Origin: Candidatus Caccoplasma intestinavium
GTDB lineage: Bacteria; Bacteroidota; Bacteroidia; Bacteroidales; UBA11471
Assembly: GCA_018715885.1 (NCBI GenBank)
Contig: DVKT01000006.1
Span: 49,168-113,167 of the forward strand
Reading direction: 5' to 3'
Length of the DNA stretch: 64,000 nt
The position numbers and the translations under genes are program-made. The notes beneath the pieces were generated by a model, which ran no database searches, was not told the origin of the DNA, and was given only the letters and a program-made list of their open reading frames with translations. Of this stretch, positions 9,093 through 18,769 are shown piece after piece; positions within the stretch are counted from its first letter, which is position 1, and the number at the start of each line of letters is the position of its first letter.

Positions 9093-10991
9093 TTAAGAGT
9101 AATTCTCTGCCGCATTCTGCACGCATCGCATTACCCTGAGAAAATTTCCTCCCCATATTTTTTCGAGCATCTCCTCGGTATATCCTTTTCTTAACAAAGC
9201 CTTTGTAATATTTATCAGTTCATCGGCCGCCTCACAACCGGGAATACCTCCGCCACCATCGAAATCAGAACCGATACCGACATAATCGGCACCCACCAAT
9301 CGCACAACATGATCGATATGCGCGACAATATCGGCCATCGAGGGTTTTCTTCCCTTCACCAAAAAATATTCATAGAGACAAATCTGAATCACTCCGCCGC
9401 GAGCCGCAAAAGCACGAATCTGATCATCGGTCAAATTCCTCGGGTGATCGCACAAAGCCCTGCACGAAGAGTGCGTCGAGACAACCGGTACACGGCTCGC
9501 CTCCAACACATCATAGAAACTTCTTTCGGAGACATGGGCCAAATCGACCATCATTCCCACCCGGTTCATCTCCCGCACGACTTCGCGGCCGAAATGGCTC
9601 AAACCGCCGTGTTCGCCTGTCCCCTTTGCCGAATCGCATATATCATTGTCGCCGTTATGGCATAGCGTCATATATACAACTCCCATACGACGGAAACGTG
9701 CCACTTGGGAAAGATCGCGACCTATGGCATACCCGTTCTCGATTCCCATGAAAACAGCTTTCTTCCCGGCTCTTTTCAGGCGACGGACATCGTCGGGAAC
9801 AAACGCTTGCTGTACACGTTCGGAATAACGAGCCAACTGCCGGACCAATTCTTCCAGTATCGCGTCGGCTTTTTCCGTTGCCGATTTCAAACTATCTTCA
9901 TCTCTTTTCCCTTGCGGGAGATAAGCCACCATACATGTCGCATCGATGCCTCCGTCTTCCATTTTCGGCAAATCCACTTTCAGACGGGAATCGCGTCGGC
10001 CGACATCTATCTTCTCCGGGAAAAACATGGGAGTATCGCAGTGCGAATCGAGCGACACATATTCCTCGTGAAAAGTTCGGGCCCGTCTATATATGCGCGC
10101 CTCATCGACCAAATACTCGAAAAGAGGCAAAGACGTTTCGTCTCCTCCGGCCAAAAGCTGCTCGGGATGCCACTGTACGCCATAAACCGGATAATAAGGG
10201 CTCTCGACGGCTTCATTCACTCCGTCGGGCGAAAACGCGACGGCCCGCAACGACGGGGCCACGTCCCGCACAGCCTGATGATGCAATGAATTGACTCCGA
10301 TATGTACCGTTCCCAACAAACGAGCAAGAAGTGATCCCTCCACAAGAGAAACATCATGGGTGGGCTGCCGCTTATCGCTTTCTTGTGAGTGAGGCAATAC
10401 ACCGGCCGGATATTCCGTAGGCAGGTCTTGATAAAGCGTTCCTCCCAATGCCAAATTAATAAGCTGGTGTCCCCGACAAATACCGAAAACGGGAAGCTGA
10501 CGACGCAAAGCCATTCGTAAAAGGGAAAATTCCGTAATATCCCTTTCGGCATCGGTACAATCGGCCAACGGAGAAAGATCCTTTCCCAAAACAGCCGATG
10601 AAAAATCACCTCCGCCCGTCAGCAAAAGACCGTCGATACGGTCGACGATACGTTCCAATACAGCAGAATCGGCACACACGGGCAAAAGCAATGGAGCACC
10701 GCCAGCGCGACGTACAGCCTCGACATAAGGATCGGCAATACAGGTAAGGTTCTCACCGGAACGGTGATTGCTGGTAATACCGATAACCGGAAGACCGGAA
10801 TATCCGCAACGATTGTCGATTTCGAGAAAAAGAGCCGACAACGGCGCAGTGAGCCGCTCATCGGAAAAAAGATTTTCCATCATTCCATTTTCATATATCC
10901 GATAAGACACGAGGCGACCCGAAAAGGCCGCCTCGCAGACATACGGAAAGAATACGATACATAAAACGACAAGCCGAATACTACAACGCAT
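9093..10991 (-). CDS. Exported fusion protein: class-I glutamine amidotransferase / gamma-glutamyl hydrolase (peptidase C26, PuuD-like) + membrane dipeptidase (peptidase M19)
   Basis: 632 aa. N-terminal signal peptide. C26 half has nucleophile elbow [15 protein letters not shown] and WHPE. M19 half has SLDSHCDTP (HxD), [34 protein letters not shown]. Start overlaps the asd stop by 11 nt. Confidence 0.8.
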   Translation of the reverse strand: MRCSIRLVVLCIVFFPYVCEAAFSGRLVSYRIYENGMMENLFSDERLTAPLSALFLEIDNRCGYSGLPVIGITSNHRSGENLTCIADPYVEAVRRAGGAPLLLPVCADSAVLERIVDRIDGLLLTGGGDFSSAVLGKDLSPLADCTDAERDITEFSLLRMALRRQLPVFGICRGHQLINLALGGTLYQDLPTEYPAGVLPHSQESDKRQPTHDVSLVEGSLLARLLGTVHIGVNSLHHQAVRDVAPSLRAVAFSPDGVNEAVESPYYPVYGVQWHPEQLLAGGDETSLPLFEYLVDEARIYRRARTFHEEYVSLDSHCDTPMFFPEKIDVGRRDSRLKVDLPKMEDGGIDATCMVAYLPQGKRDEDSLKSATEKADAILEELVRQLARYSERVQQAFVPDDVRRLKRAGKKAVFMGIENGYAIGRDLSQVARFRRMGVVYMTLCHNGDNDICDSAKGTGEHGGLSHFGREVVREMNRVGMMVDLAHVSERSFYDVLEASRVPVVSTHSSCRALCDHPRNLTDDQIRAFAARGGVIQICLYEYFLVKGRKPSMADIVAHIDHVVRLVGADYVGIGSDFDGGGGIPGCEAADELINITKALLRKGYTEEMLEKIWGGNFLRVMRCVQNAAENYS

Positions 10992-11988
10992 TTTCTCGTA
11001 TCAGATATTCGGCAATCTGCACGGCATTCAAGGCTGCACCTTTTTTTATTTGGTCACTTACCGCCCAGAAAGTCAACCCATTCGGATTTGAGATATCTTT
11101 GCGGATACGTCCCACATACACAGGATCTTTCCCTGCAATATCGAGAGGCATGGGATAAGTACGGTTGGCCGGTTCGTCCATAAGTACAACCCCGTCGGCT
11201 TTGGCAAAAGCCTCACGGGCTTCTTCGACCGACACAGGACGTTCGGTCTCGACCCAAATAGCCTCGGAATGAGCTCGTATCACCGGGACACGCACACACA
11301 TGGCACTGACCTTTACATCGGAGTGCATGATCTTACGGGTCTCATTGAACATTTTCATTTCCTCCTTGGTGTAGAGGTTGTCGGTAAACACGTCGACCTG
11401 AGGTATCACGTTATAAGCCAACTGATAGTAGAACTTCTGTACCGTAGGAGCTTCACCTTTCATCAGCTCTTCATACTGGTGCACAAGCTCGTCCATAGCT
11501 GCGGCACCCGCCCCGCTGGCAGCCTGGTAAGTTGCAACATGTACCGACTTGATATGCGAAAGATTTTCTATGGCCTGCAATGCTACCACCATCTGTATCG
11601 TTGTACAATTGGGATTGGCAATCACTCCCCGGGGGCGCACTTTGGCATCGGGGCCATTGACTTCGGGCACGACCAAAGGCACGTCATCGTCCATACGGAA
11701 AGCACTGGAATTATCGATCATCACAGCCCCGAATTTGGTAATGGTTTTTTCAAATTCTTTCGACGTACCGGCTCCTGCCGATGTAAAGGCAATATCCACG
11801 CCTTTAAAATCATCGTTGTGCTGCAACTCTTTCACAACAATATCTTTACCCCGGAAGTTATATGAAGTTCCGGCACTACGAGACGAACCGAACAGCAACA
11901 ATTCGTCAATCGGGAAATTTCTCTCGGCCAAAACCCGCAGGAACTCTTGTCCCACAGCTCCACTGGCTCCGACAATGGCTACATTCAT
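10981..11988 (-). CDS. asd: Aspartate-semialdehyde dehydrogenase
   Basis: 335 aa; [14 protein letters not shown](P) loop, active-site region [10 protein letters not shown]. Confidence 0.95.
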   Translation of the reverse strand: MNVAIVGASGAVGQEFLRVLAERNFPIDELLLFGSSRSAGTSYNFRGKDIVVKELQHNDDFKGVDIAFTSAGAGTSKEFEKTITKFGAVMIDNSSAFRMDDDVPLVVPEVNGPDAKVRPRGVIANPNCTTIQMVVALQAIENLSHIKSVHVATYQAASGAGAAAMDELVHQYEELMKGEAPTVQKFYYQLAYNVIPQVDVFTDNLYTKEEMKMFNETRKIMHSDVKVSAMCVRVPVIRAHSEAIWVETERPVSVEEAREAFAKADGVVLMDEPANRTYPMPLDIAGKDPVYVGRIRKDISNPNGLTFWAVSDQIKKGAALNAVQIAEYLIRENAL

Positions 11989-12078
11989 TTGTTATCTTAT
12001 TTTTTATGACTATTCAACAGCTTGAATCTTTCAGTTGTCGCTTTCAACTGACAAAGATGTTTCGATTTTAAAACTTGG

Positions 12079-12086
12079 CAAAATTA
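12079..12086 (-). promoter_or_regulatory. -7 box (TAATTTTG) for asd
   Basis: TAnnTTTG match on the minus strand. The leader contains the hairpin cagttg-N7-caactg (12040..12058). Confidence 0.4.
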
Positions 12087-12191
12087 ACGGTTTTCCTTAT
12101 ATTTCATACTCAAACGTCCACTTTTTTATCAAAAATGGTGCTTTTCTGTACGATTTCAGCCTTTCGAGGCCGATCATATCCTCTTTTTTCT

Positions 12192-12199
12192 TACTTTTG
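12192..12199 (+). promoter_or_regulatory. -7 box (TACTTTTG) for antiporter gene
   Basis: TAnnTTTG match 48 nt upstream of ATG 12247. Confidence 0.5.
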
Positions 12200-12246
12200 T
12201 TCATTCATTTTTCAAACCGAAATCGTACCTCAGAAATTTCAGAATC

Positions 12247-14430
12247 ATGGATGTCAGCCGATTCTTACCCACATTACCGTTTACCGATCCGGTACTGATA
12301 TTTTTTATCGTGCTGACTATAATTCTGTTCGCCCCCTTGTTGCTGAACAAACTGCGTATCCCCCACATCATCGGCATGATTTTGGCCGGGACCTTGTTCG
12401 GCCCGCATGGGCTGGATTTCCTCGCTTATGACAGCAGTTTCAAAATTTTCGGGAATGTCGGCTTGCTCTACCTAATGTTTCTGGTAGGGCTTGAAATGAA
12501 CCTGAATGATTTCCGGAAAATAAAACTTCGCGGCATCACATTCGGCATATACACATTTATAATCCCCATGATACTGGGTACATTATCGAGTATCTACCTG
12601 TTACATCTCGACCTCACGACATCTATTCTGTTGGCCAGTATGTATGCGTCGCATACGTTGGTGGCCTATCCTATCGTACTCCGGTACGGCGTAGGAAGGC
12701 GTCCGGCGGTAACCATTACCATAGCAGGCACTATCATTACCGTATTGGGGGCACTCATCATACTCGCCGTCATCGTAGGTATGCAGACGGGAACTATCAA
12801 CGAATGGTTCTGGGTACGTCTCATTCTCTCCATGGTCGCATACAGTTTGTTTATTCTTTTCGTCTTTCCGCGCATCGCCCGATGGTTTTTCAAAAAATAT
12901 AACGATAACGTATCACAATACATCTTCGTACTGGCTCTCGTCTTTCTCGCTTCGGCCCTCGCCAAACCCGCCGGGCTCGAACCGATTCTCGGAGCATTTT
13001 TCGTAGGCGTCGTACTCAATCGTTTCATACCCTCGGTATCTCCGCTGATGAACCGTATAGAGTTTGTGGGCAACGCCCTTTTCATTCCTTATTTTCTCAT
13101 CGGAGTGGGAATGCTCATAGATCCGTCCGTCGTATTTTCGGGTTGGAAGGCACTGTTTGTCGCAATCGTCATGTCGGCAGTCGCCACCATTTCGAAATGG
13201 TTGGCCGCTTGGATTACTCAAAAAAATTTCGGCCTCGATAAAATCGACCGTGCCATGATTTTCGGGCTGAGCAACGGACAGGCAGCCGCCACCCTCGCCG
13301 CCGTACTTATCGGTTACGACATCGGTTTATTCGACATCAATATCCTCAACGGTACAATTATCATGATTTTGGTAACATGTACCATCAGTTCTTTTGCAAC
13401 CGAACGTGCCGCACAAAAAATGGCAACCCTACAACCGGCCGAAGATCCCGATAAAAACCAAGACAATACCGGCCATGCCCGCATTCTTATACCCGTTGCC
13501 AACCCCGATACGCTGGAAAACCTTGTAAACCTTGCCGTTTTGGCAAAGGGGCAGCATAAGCAACAACCGCTTTACGCTTTACATGTCATCGATGACAACA
13601 AGACCGCATTACGTTCAGGAGAAGCCGGACAGATGTTGCTGGACAGAGCTACAAAAATCGCAGCAGCATCGGACACACGACTTACCGGCCTATCCCGATA
13701 CGATGTAAATATCACCAGCGGAATCATTCATACGATCAAAGAACAGAATATTTCGGACGTCATACTAGGTTTGCACCACAAAAGCAATATCGTCGACAGC
13801 TTTTTCGGCTCGAAAATAGAAAATTTGTTGAAGAGCACCCACAAAATGGTCGCTATCACCAAGTGCATCATACCTATAAACATGACAACCCGTATCGTCG
13901 TCGCCGTTCCCGAAAAAGCCGAATACGAAAGCGGATTTACCAAATGGATAGACCGTATCGCCAACATCGGAAAACAAATAGGATGCCGGGTTGTTTTCTA
14001 TGCACACCACAACACCATCATCGTTTTGAGAAACGTATTGCGACACAACCGATACGGCATCTCCTGCGAATTTGAAGTACTCGACGACTGGGCCGATATA
14101 CTCACGCTTACAGGCGTTGTCTTGCAAGACGACTTGCTCGTCGTTGTCAGCGCCCGCCACACGTCCCTTTCATACAACAGCGAGTTCGAAAAACTCCCCC
14201 TGCAACTCTCCCGATATTTTGCAGGGAATAACTTCATCGTACTCTTCCCCGAACAATTTGGAGAAGAAAACGAGCAACTCACGTTTACATCAGATCCCCT
14301 ATCTATCGACGTACAACACAACTATACTCGCTTTACAACCGTACGCGATTTCTTCGAAAAATTCTCCCGCCGCCGTAAGTTGTGGAACCATCGTCGGCAA
14401 AAACTCAAACAAAAGCGGAAAGAAAAATAA
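12247..14430 (+). CDS. CPA2-type cation:proton antiporter with C-terminal universal-stress-protein-like domains
   Basis: 727 aa. About 400 aa of Na+/H+ exchanger-type TM helices, then a cytoplasmic region with Usp-like pattern ARILIPVANPDTLENLVNLA...LYALHVID...VILGLHHKS. Confidence 0.8.
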   Translation: MDVSRFLPTLPFTDPVLIFFIVLTIILFAPLLLNKLRIPHIIGMILAGTLFGPHGLDFLAYDSSFKIFGNVGLLYLMFLVGLEMNLNDFRKIKLRGITFGIYTFIIPMILGTLSSIYLLHLDLTTSILLASMYASHTLVAYPIVLRYGVGRRPAVTITIAGTIITVLGALIILAVIVGMQTGTINEWFWVRLILSMVAYSLFILFVFPRIARWFFKKYNDNVSQYIFVLALVFLASALAKPAGLEPILGAFFVGVVLNRFIPSVSPLMNRIEFVGNALFIPYFLIGVGMLIDPSVVFSGWKALFVAIVMSAVATISKWLAAWITQKNFGLDKIDRAMIFGLSNGQAAATLAAVLIGYDIGLFDINILNGTIIMILVTCTISSFATERAAQKMATLQPAEDPDKNQDNTGHARILIPVANPDTLENLVNLAVLAKGQHKQQPLYALHVIDDNKTALRSGEAGQMLLDRATKIAAASDTRLTGLSRYDVNITSGIIHTIKEQNISDVILGLHHKSNIVDSFFGSKIENLLKSTHKMVAITKCIIPINMTTRIVVAVPEKAEYESGFTKWIDRIANIGKQIGCRVVFYAHHNTIIVLRNVLRHNRYGISCEFEVLDDWADILTLTGVVLQDDLLVVVSARHTSLSYNSEFEKLPLQLSRYFAGNNFIVLFPEQFGEENEQLTFTSDPLSIDVQHNYTRFTTVRDFFEKFSRRRKLWNHRRQKLKQKRKEK

Positions 14431-14531
14431 CAGGCAATAATCCCGGGAAAGCGCAGAAACGATTTGCCAGATTTTTTCAACATTTCATAGCGATTTCCTA
14501 TTAAAGTCCATCGTTTCTCAACAATTTTGCA

Positions 14532-14539
14532 TACCTTTG
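14532..14539 (+). promoter_or_regulatory. -7 box (TACCTTTG) for the nfnA-like/gltD-like operon
   Basis: TAnnTTTG match 30 nt upstream of ATG 14569. Confidence 0.6.
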
Positions 14540-14568
14540 CAATCCAATATAATCACACTACCTATCGC

Positions 14569-15360
14569 ATGAATAAAATAATCAGCAAAGAGTACTTCTC
14601 TGCCAACGTCGTCAAATTCGACGTAGAAGCTCCGCTCATTGCCAAAGCCCGTAAAGCCGGACACTTCGTCATCGTCCGCACAGGAGAAAAAGGAGAACGC
14701 ATTCCTTTGACCATTACATCTTCCGATCCCGAGCGAGGCACCATCTCTCTCGTCATACAAGCCGTCGGAAAATCGACACGGAAATTATGTTCCCTCGAAG
14801 CCGGCGATTACATCACCGATGTCGTAGGCCCATTGGGACAAGCTACCCATGTCGAAAAAGTCGGCACAGTCGTTTGTTGCGGTGGGGGGGTAGGCGTCGC
14901 CCCTCTATTGCCCATCGTCGAAGCCATGAAAAAAGCCGGAAACCGGGTTATTACGGTATTGGCTGCACGCACCAAAGAACTGATTATCCTCGAAGAACAA
15001 GTGCGTCCCTATTCCGATGAAGTAATCATTATGACCGATGACGGCTCATACGGCAAAAAAGGACTCGTTACCCATGGTGTGGAAGAGGTTATCAACCGCG
15101 AAAAAGTTGACTTATGTGTTACAATAGGGCCGGCCATCATGATGAAGTTCGTTTCACTTCTTACAAAAAAATACGATATTCCTACGATGGCATCGCTCAA
15201 CACGATTATGGTCGACGGCACAGGTATGTGCGGCGCATGTCGCGTTACCGTAGGCGGAAAAACAAAATTCGTATGCGTCGACGGCCCCGAATTCGATGCT
15301 CACCAAGTCGATTTCGACGAAATGCTCATGCGACTTTCTTCGTATAAAGGAATCGAATAA
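14569..15360 (+). CDS. FAD/NAD(P)-binding ferredoxin-reductase-like subunit (PyrK/NfnA-like; partner of GltD-like protein)
   Basis: ORF 14527..15360 trimmed to ATG 14569 (MNKIISKEYF...), because the -7 box at 14532..14539 lies inside the longer ORF. C-terminal [2Fe-2S]-type Cys cluster MCGACRVTVGGKTKFVCVDGP. Confidence 0.8.
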   Translation: MNKIISKEYFSANVVKFDVEAPLIAKARKAGHFVIVRTGEKGERIPLTITSSDPERGTISLVIQAVGKSTRKLCSLEAGDYITDVVGPLGQATHVEKVGTVVCCGGGVGVAPLLPIVEAMKKAGNRVITVLAARTKELIILEEQVRPYSDEVIIMTDDGSYGKKGLVTHGVEEVINREKVDLCVTIGPAIMMKFVSLLTKKYDIPTMASLNTIMVDGTGMCGACRVTVGGKTKFVCVDGPEFDAHQVDFDEMLMRLSSYKGIE

Positions 15361-15372
15361 ACGCAATCACTC

Positions 15373-16848
15373 ATGGACAACAAAGAATATCTGAACGCAG
15401 AAAGAGCGGCATCATGGCGTGAAGCTCTCCGCAAATCGAAACCCAATAAAGATCGTATCAACATCTCCCGCACAGAGATGAACGAGCTTACCCCCGACTA
15501 CCGCATAACATGCAACGAGGAGGTAAATCAAGGTCTCACCCGGGAACAGGCTCTCATCGAAGCATCTCGTTGCCTCGACTGCCCCGATCCACTTTGTATT
15601 ACGGGCTGCCCAGTGGGTATAAACATACCCAAATTCATCAAAAACATCGAACGGGGAGAAATTCTCGAAGCGGCAAAAACGCTGAAAGAAACTAGTGCGT
15701 TGCCCGCCGTATGCGGCCGTGTATGCCCGCAGGAGAAACAGTGCGAATCGAAATGTTTCTATTTGCAGAAACTTAAAAAACAGCCTGTCGCCATCGGATA
15801 CCTCGAACGTTTTGCAGCCGACTACGAACGGGAAAGCGGGCAAATATCCACTCCGGAAATACCGTTCCGTAACGGCATAAAAATAGCAGTTGTCGGTTCC
15901 GGCCCTGCCGGACTTTCATTTGCAGGCGACATGATAAAGAAAGGATACTCGGTAACCGTATTCGAAGCTCTCCACGAAATCGGAGGCGTTCTGAAATACG
16001 GAATCCCGGAATTTCGTCTGCCCAACCGCATCGTAGACGTGGAAATCGATAGTCTGCGAAAAATGGGTGTCGAATTCATAACCGATTGCATCATAGGAAA
16101 AACGCTCTCTTACGAAGATCTGCATGAAATGGGATTCAAAGGAATTTTCGTCGCCAGCGGAGCCGGCTTGCCTCGTTTCATGAACATCCCGGGAGAAAAC
16201 CTCATTGGGGTGATGTCGAGCAACGAATACCTTACACGGGTAAACCTGATGCATGCAGCCGAGCCTGATGCCGAAACACCGGTCTTTCACGGACGACGTG
16301 TCGCCGTTATCGGCGGCGGAAACACGGCTATGGATTCGGTGCGCACAGCACGACGCTTAGGAGCCGAGCGCGCCATCATCGTATATCGCCGCAGCGAAGA
16401 CGAAATGCCGGCCCGTACCGAAGAAGTAAAACACGCCAAGCAAGAAGGCATCGAATTCCTCACACTGCATAACCCCATTGAATACATAGGGGACGAAAAA
16501 GGGCACGTTACCAAAATGCGTTTGCAAAAAATGGAATTGGGTGAGCCAGACGAATCGGGTCGCCGCAGCCCGGTCGCCATACCGGGAGCCATTGAAGAAA
16601 TCGATATCGACGAGGTTATCGTCAGTATAGGCGTATCCCCCAATCCTCTCATACCTCATACAGTAAAGGGTCTTAACATCAGTAAATGGGGAACAATAGT
16701 CGTCGATCAAGAATCCATGAAGAGCGATCTGCCCGACCTTTACGCCGGAGGCGATATCGTGCGGGGTGGAGCTACCGTCATTCTCGCTATGGGCGACGGA
16801 CGACGGGCTGCCGCCGCTATGGACGCACAATTATCACTCTCTCATTAA
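15373..16848 (+). CDS. NADPH-dependent glutamate-synthase small-subunit homologue (GltD/NfnB-like Fe-S flavoprotein)
   Basis: 491 aa. Two Fe-S Cys motifs (CLDCPDPLCITGCP; CGRVCPQEKQCESKC). Two dinucleotide loops (VVGSGPAGLS; VIGGGNTAMD). Confidence 0.85.
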   Translation: MDNKEYLNAERAASWREALRKSKPNKDRINISRTEMNELTPDYRITCNEEVNQGLTREQALIEASRCLDCPDPLCITGCPVGINIPKFIKNIERGEILEAAKTLKETSALPAVCGRVCPQEKQCESKCFYLQKLKKQPVAIGYLERFAADYERESGQISTPEIPFRNGIKIAVVGSGPAGLSFAGDMIKKGYSVTVFEALHEIGGVLKYGIPEFRLPNRIVDVEIDSLRKMGVEFITDCIIGKTLSYEDLHEMGFKGIFVASGAGLPRFMNIPGENLIGVMSSNEYLTRVNLMHAAEPDAETPVFHGRRVAVIGGGNTAMDSVRTARRLGAERAIIVYRRSEDEMPARTEEVKHAKQEGIEFLTLHNPIEYIGDEKGHVTKMRLQKMELGEPDESGRRSPVAIPGAIEEIDIDEVIVSIGVSPNPLIPHTVKGLNISKWGTIVVDQESMKSDLPDLYAGGDIVRGGATVILAMGDGRRAAAAMDAQLSLSH

Positions 16849-16868
16849 CAGTATATCCAAGCAAGTAA

Positions 16869-16910
16869 AGAATGCCGCCCGATGTTGATGTTGGGCGGCA
16901 TTCTTTTTTG
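16869..16910 (+). terminator. Intrinsic terminator after the gltD-like gene
   Basis: agaatgccgccc-N12-gggcggcattct followed by tttttt. Confidence 0.85.
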
Positions 16911-16977
16911 AAGAGAGAAAAAACCTTGAATTTCGCTAAAATGAATTTATAATCATTTTCTATCGGAGAAGTATTAT

Positions 16978-16985
16978 TATCTTTG
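16978..16985 (+). promoter_or_regulatory. -7 box (TATCTTTG) for the 545-aa repeat protein gene
   Basis: TAnnTTTG match 56 nt upstream of ATG 17041. Confidence 0.55.
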
Positions 16986-17040
16986 CTTAGATTTAATCAT
17001 CAACAACCCGATTTCCAATCCTTTCGATCCCCGGTCCACC

Positions 17041-18678
17041 ATGCTTTCAACAATGCACAGAATACGAGCCTTTCTATTCATAATTCTTCTCTTGGGAGAA
17101 GGAGTCGCATTACATGCTCAAAATCCGGGACAGATATACGACTTGATTATCGAAAAGAAAATCGAAAAAGCTATCGAAAAACGGAACAAAATCTATGATA
17201 ACGAGAAAAAAAGCGACTTGCTGCTCATAGATTTGTGCGACTGCTTATTGTTCAATACCCCGGAGTACAAAGCCTACAACCCTCAGAAATCTTACGAGAT
17301 ATTCAATAAATCACTTTTACCCAACAGTAAGGAACGTACTCTTATCAAGTTTCTCGACAAAAAAGACAATTCCCTCGACAGCATACGCACACAGATAGAA
17401 CAAAGTCTGTATAAACTTGCCTGTCGGGAAAATACCGAAGAAAGCTATGCCCGATTCATCGATTTGTGCCCGCAAAGCAAATGGGTAGAACCGGCCGCCC
17501 AAAAGCAAGAAGACATAGCATACCGCCAAGCCATAGAAAAAGGCACGATAGAAGGGTATAACTATTTCCTATCACACTATGCATCTTCCGAACATGTCGT
17601 AGAAATAACCCGATTGGCCGATAAAACAACTTTTGCACAACTCGACAATACAATCGAGGCCTACAAAAAATTCATCGAACTATATCCGCAATCGCCACTT
17701 ATCGAAGAGGCACAAAGCCGGATATATCGCCTTGCCTATGCCCAAGCTCGTAAAACCCATACACGAGAAGCATACCAACAACTGCTCGCGGAATACCCCG
17801 ATCACCCGATGAAAGAAGAGGCGCAATCGGCCATCGAGTCGTTCGACTACCTGAGTATCACCCAGCAGCCGACCCAATATGCGTACGATAAATTTTTACG
17901 GGACTATCCCAATTCTACCTACATTGCACCGCTCAACGACTGGCTGGGACATCTGAAAAAAAGCTATTGGCATTGGTCTCGAATCAATCTCAAAGGGTAT
18001 GTCAAAAGTATACAAGAAACCACAATCTCTCGACAAAACGGGAAAGAAATAAAAAGTACGGTTACCTCTCTATACGACCAGTTGGGGCAACTTCTCCTCG
18101 TCGAAACAAAGAAAAACGGAAAAACCGAGGAAAAAAGTTATCTCTACCACCCCGATTTCACACTGAGCACCATCTCCACACCGCAATGGAAAAAGACATA
18201 TTACTATAACAACCGTCGTGAAATAACCCGCATCATAGAAACGAGGGAAGATGGGAAAGAACAGGAAATATGCAAACTGGATTACGGCAACGACCGACTA
18301 GCTACGCGTACCGACATTATTGACGGAGTAAAAGGCGGACGGAAAACCGAATATACCTACAATGAAGCCGGAGACCTCATATCTTCAAAAAGTTATAACG
18401 CCGCCACTCCACAAAATACTACAACGACCTATTATACACCGGGAGGTGATGTAAAACTCGAAATCGTAATCAATGGACGTTCTCGTCGGGAAAAAATCTA
18501 TTTTTATAACGAACGCAACGATGTTTCGAAAATAACCTCGGTCAACGGCAGCCAAAAAGAAGACTCGACATTCGACTACACCTACGACGAGCACGGAAAC
18601 TGGACAACCCGTATCCAATATTCGGGAAAGGAGACTACAACAACACATCGTGTAATCGAATATTACACATACGAATAG
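17041..18678 (+). CDS. Secreted repeat protein of unknown function (helical ~37-aa repeats + YD-like beta-hairpin repeats)
   Basis: 545 aa. Signal peptide ...GVALHA|QNPG. Five repeats of the pattern Y..F...YP.S....A. C-terminal half has YD-like motifs (TEYTYNEAGDLISSKSY; FDYTYDEHGNWTTR). -7 box at 16978..16985. Confidence 0.7.
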   Translation: MLSTMHRIRAFLFIILLLGEGVALHAQNPGQIYDLIIEKKIEKAIEKRNKIYDNEKKSDLLLIDLCDCLLFNTPEYKAYNPQKSYEIFNKSLLPNSKERTLIKFLDKKDNSLDSIRTQIEQSLYKLACRENTEESYARFIDLCPQSKWVEPAAQKQEDIAYRQAIEKGTIEGYNYFLSHYASSEHVVEITRLADKTTFAQLDNTIEAYKKFIELYPQSPLIEEAQSRIYRLAYAQARKTHTREAYQQLLAEYPDHPMKEEAQSAIESFDYLSITQQPTQYAYDKFLRDYPNSTYIAPLNDWLGHLKKSYWHWSRINLKGYVKSIQETTISRQNGKEIKSTVTSLYDQLGQLLLVETKKNGKTEEKSYLYHPDFTLSTISTPQWKKTYYYNNRREITRIIETREDGKEQEICKLDYGNDRLATRTDIIDGVKGGRKTEYTYNEAGDLISSKSYNAATPQNTTTTYYTPGGDVKLEIVINGRSRREKIYFYNERNDVSKITSVNGSQKEDSTFDYTYDEHGNWTTRIQYSGKETTTTHRVIEYYTYE

Positions 18679-18734
18679 GCATTCTCTTCCAAAAATAAAA
18701 AAGAGATAAAAAAGATTTGTATTCCAAAAAGTTC

Positions 18735-18742
18735 TACCTTTG
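18735..18742 (+). promoter_or_regulatory. -7 box (TACCTTTG) for panB
   Basis: TAnnTTTG match 28 nt upstream of ATG 18770. Confidence 0.6.
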
Positions 18743-18769
18743 CGGGAAAATTCAACACATCAAAAAGTC

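Noticed and set aside
10981-10991. 11-nt overlap between the asd stop and the start of the C26-M19 fusion gene, considered as a sign of a frameshift or pseudogene
   Set aside because: Both ORFs are full length with intact N- and C-terminal motifs. Short overlaps are common for coupled genes.
12035-12431. 87-aa and 118-aa + strand ORFs upstream of / overlapping the antiporter start
   Set aside because: They lie across the asd/antiporter divergent promoter region and the first TM helix in other frames. The 727-aa frame has clear transporter features and its own -7 box.
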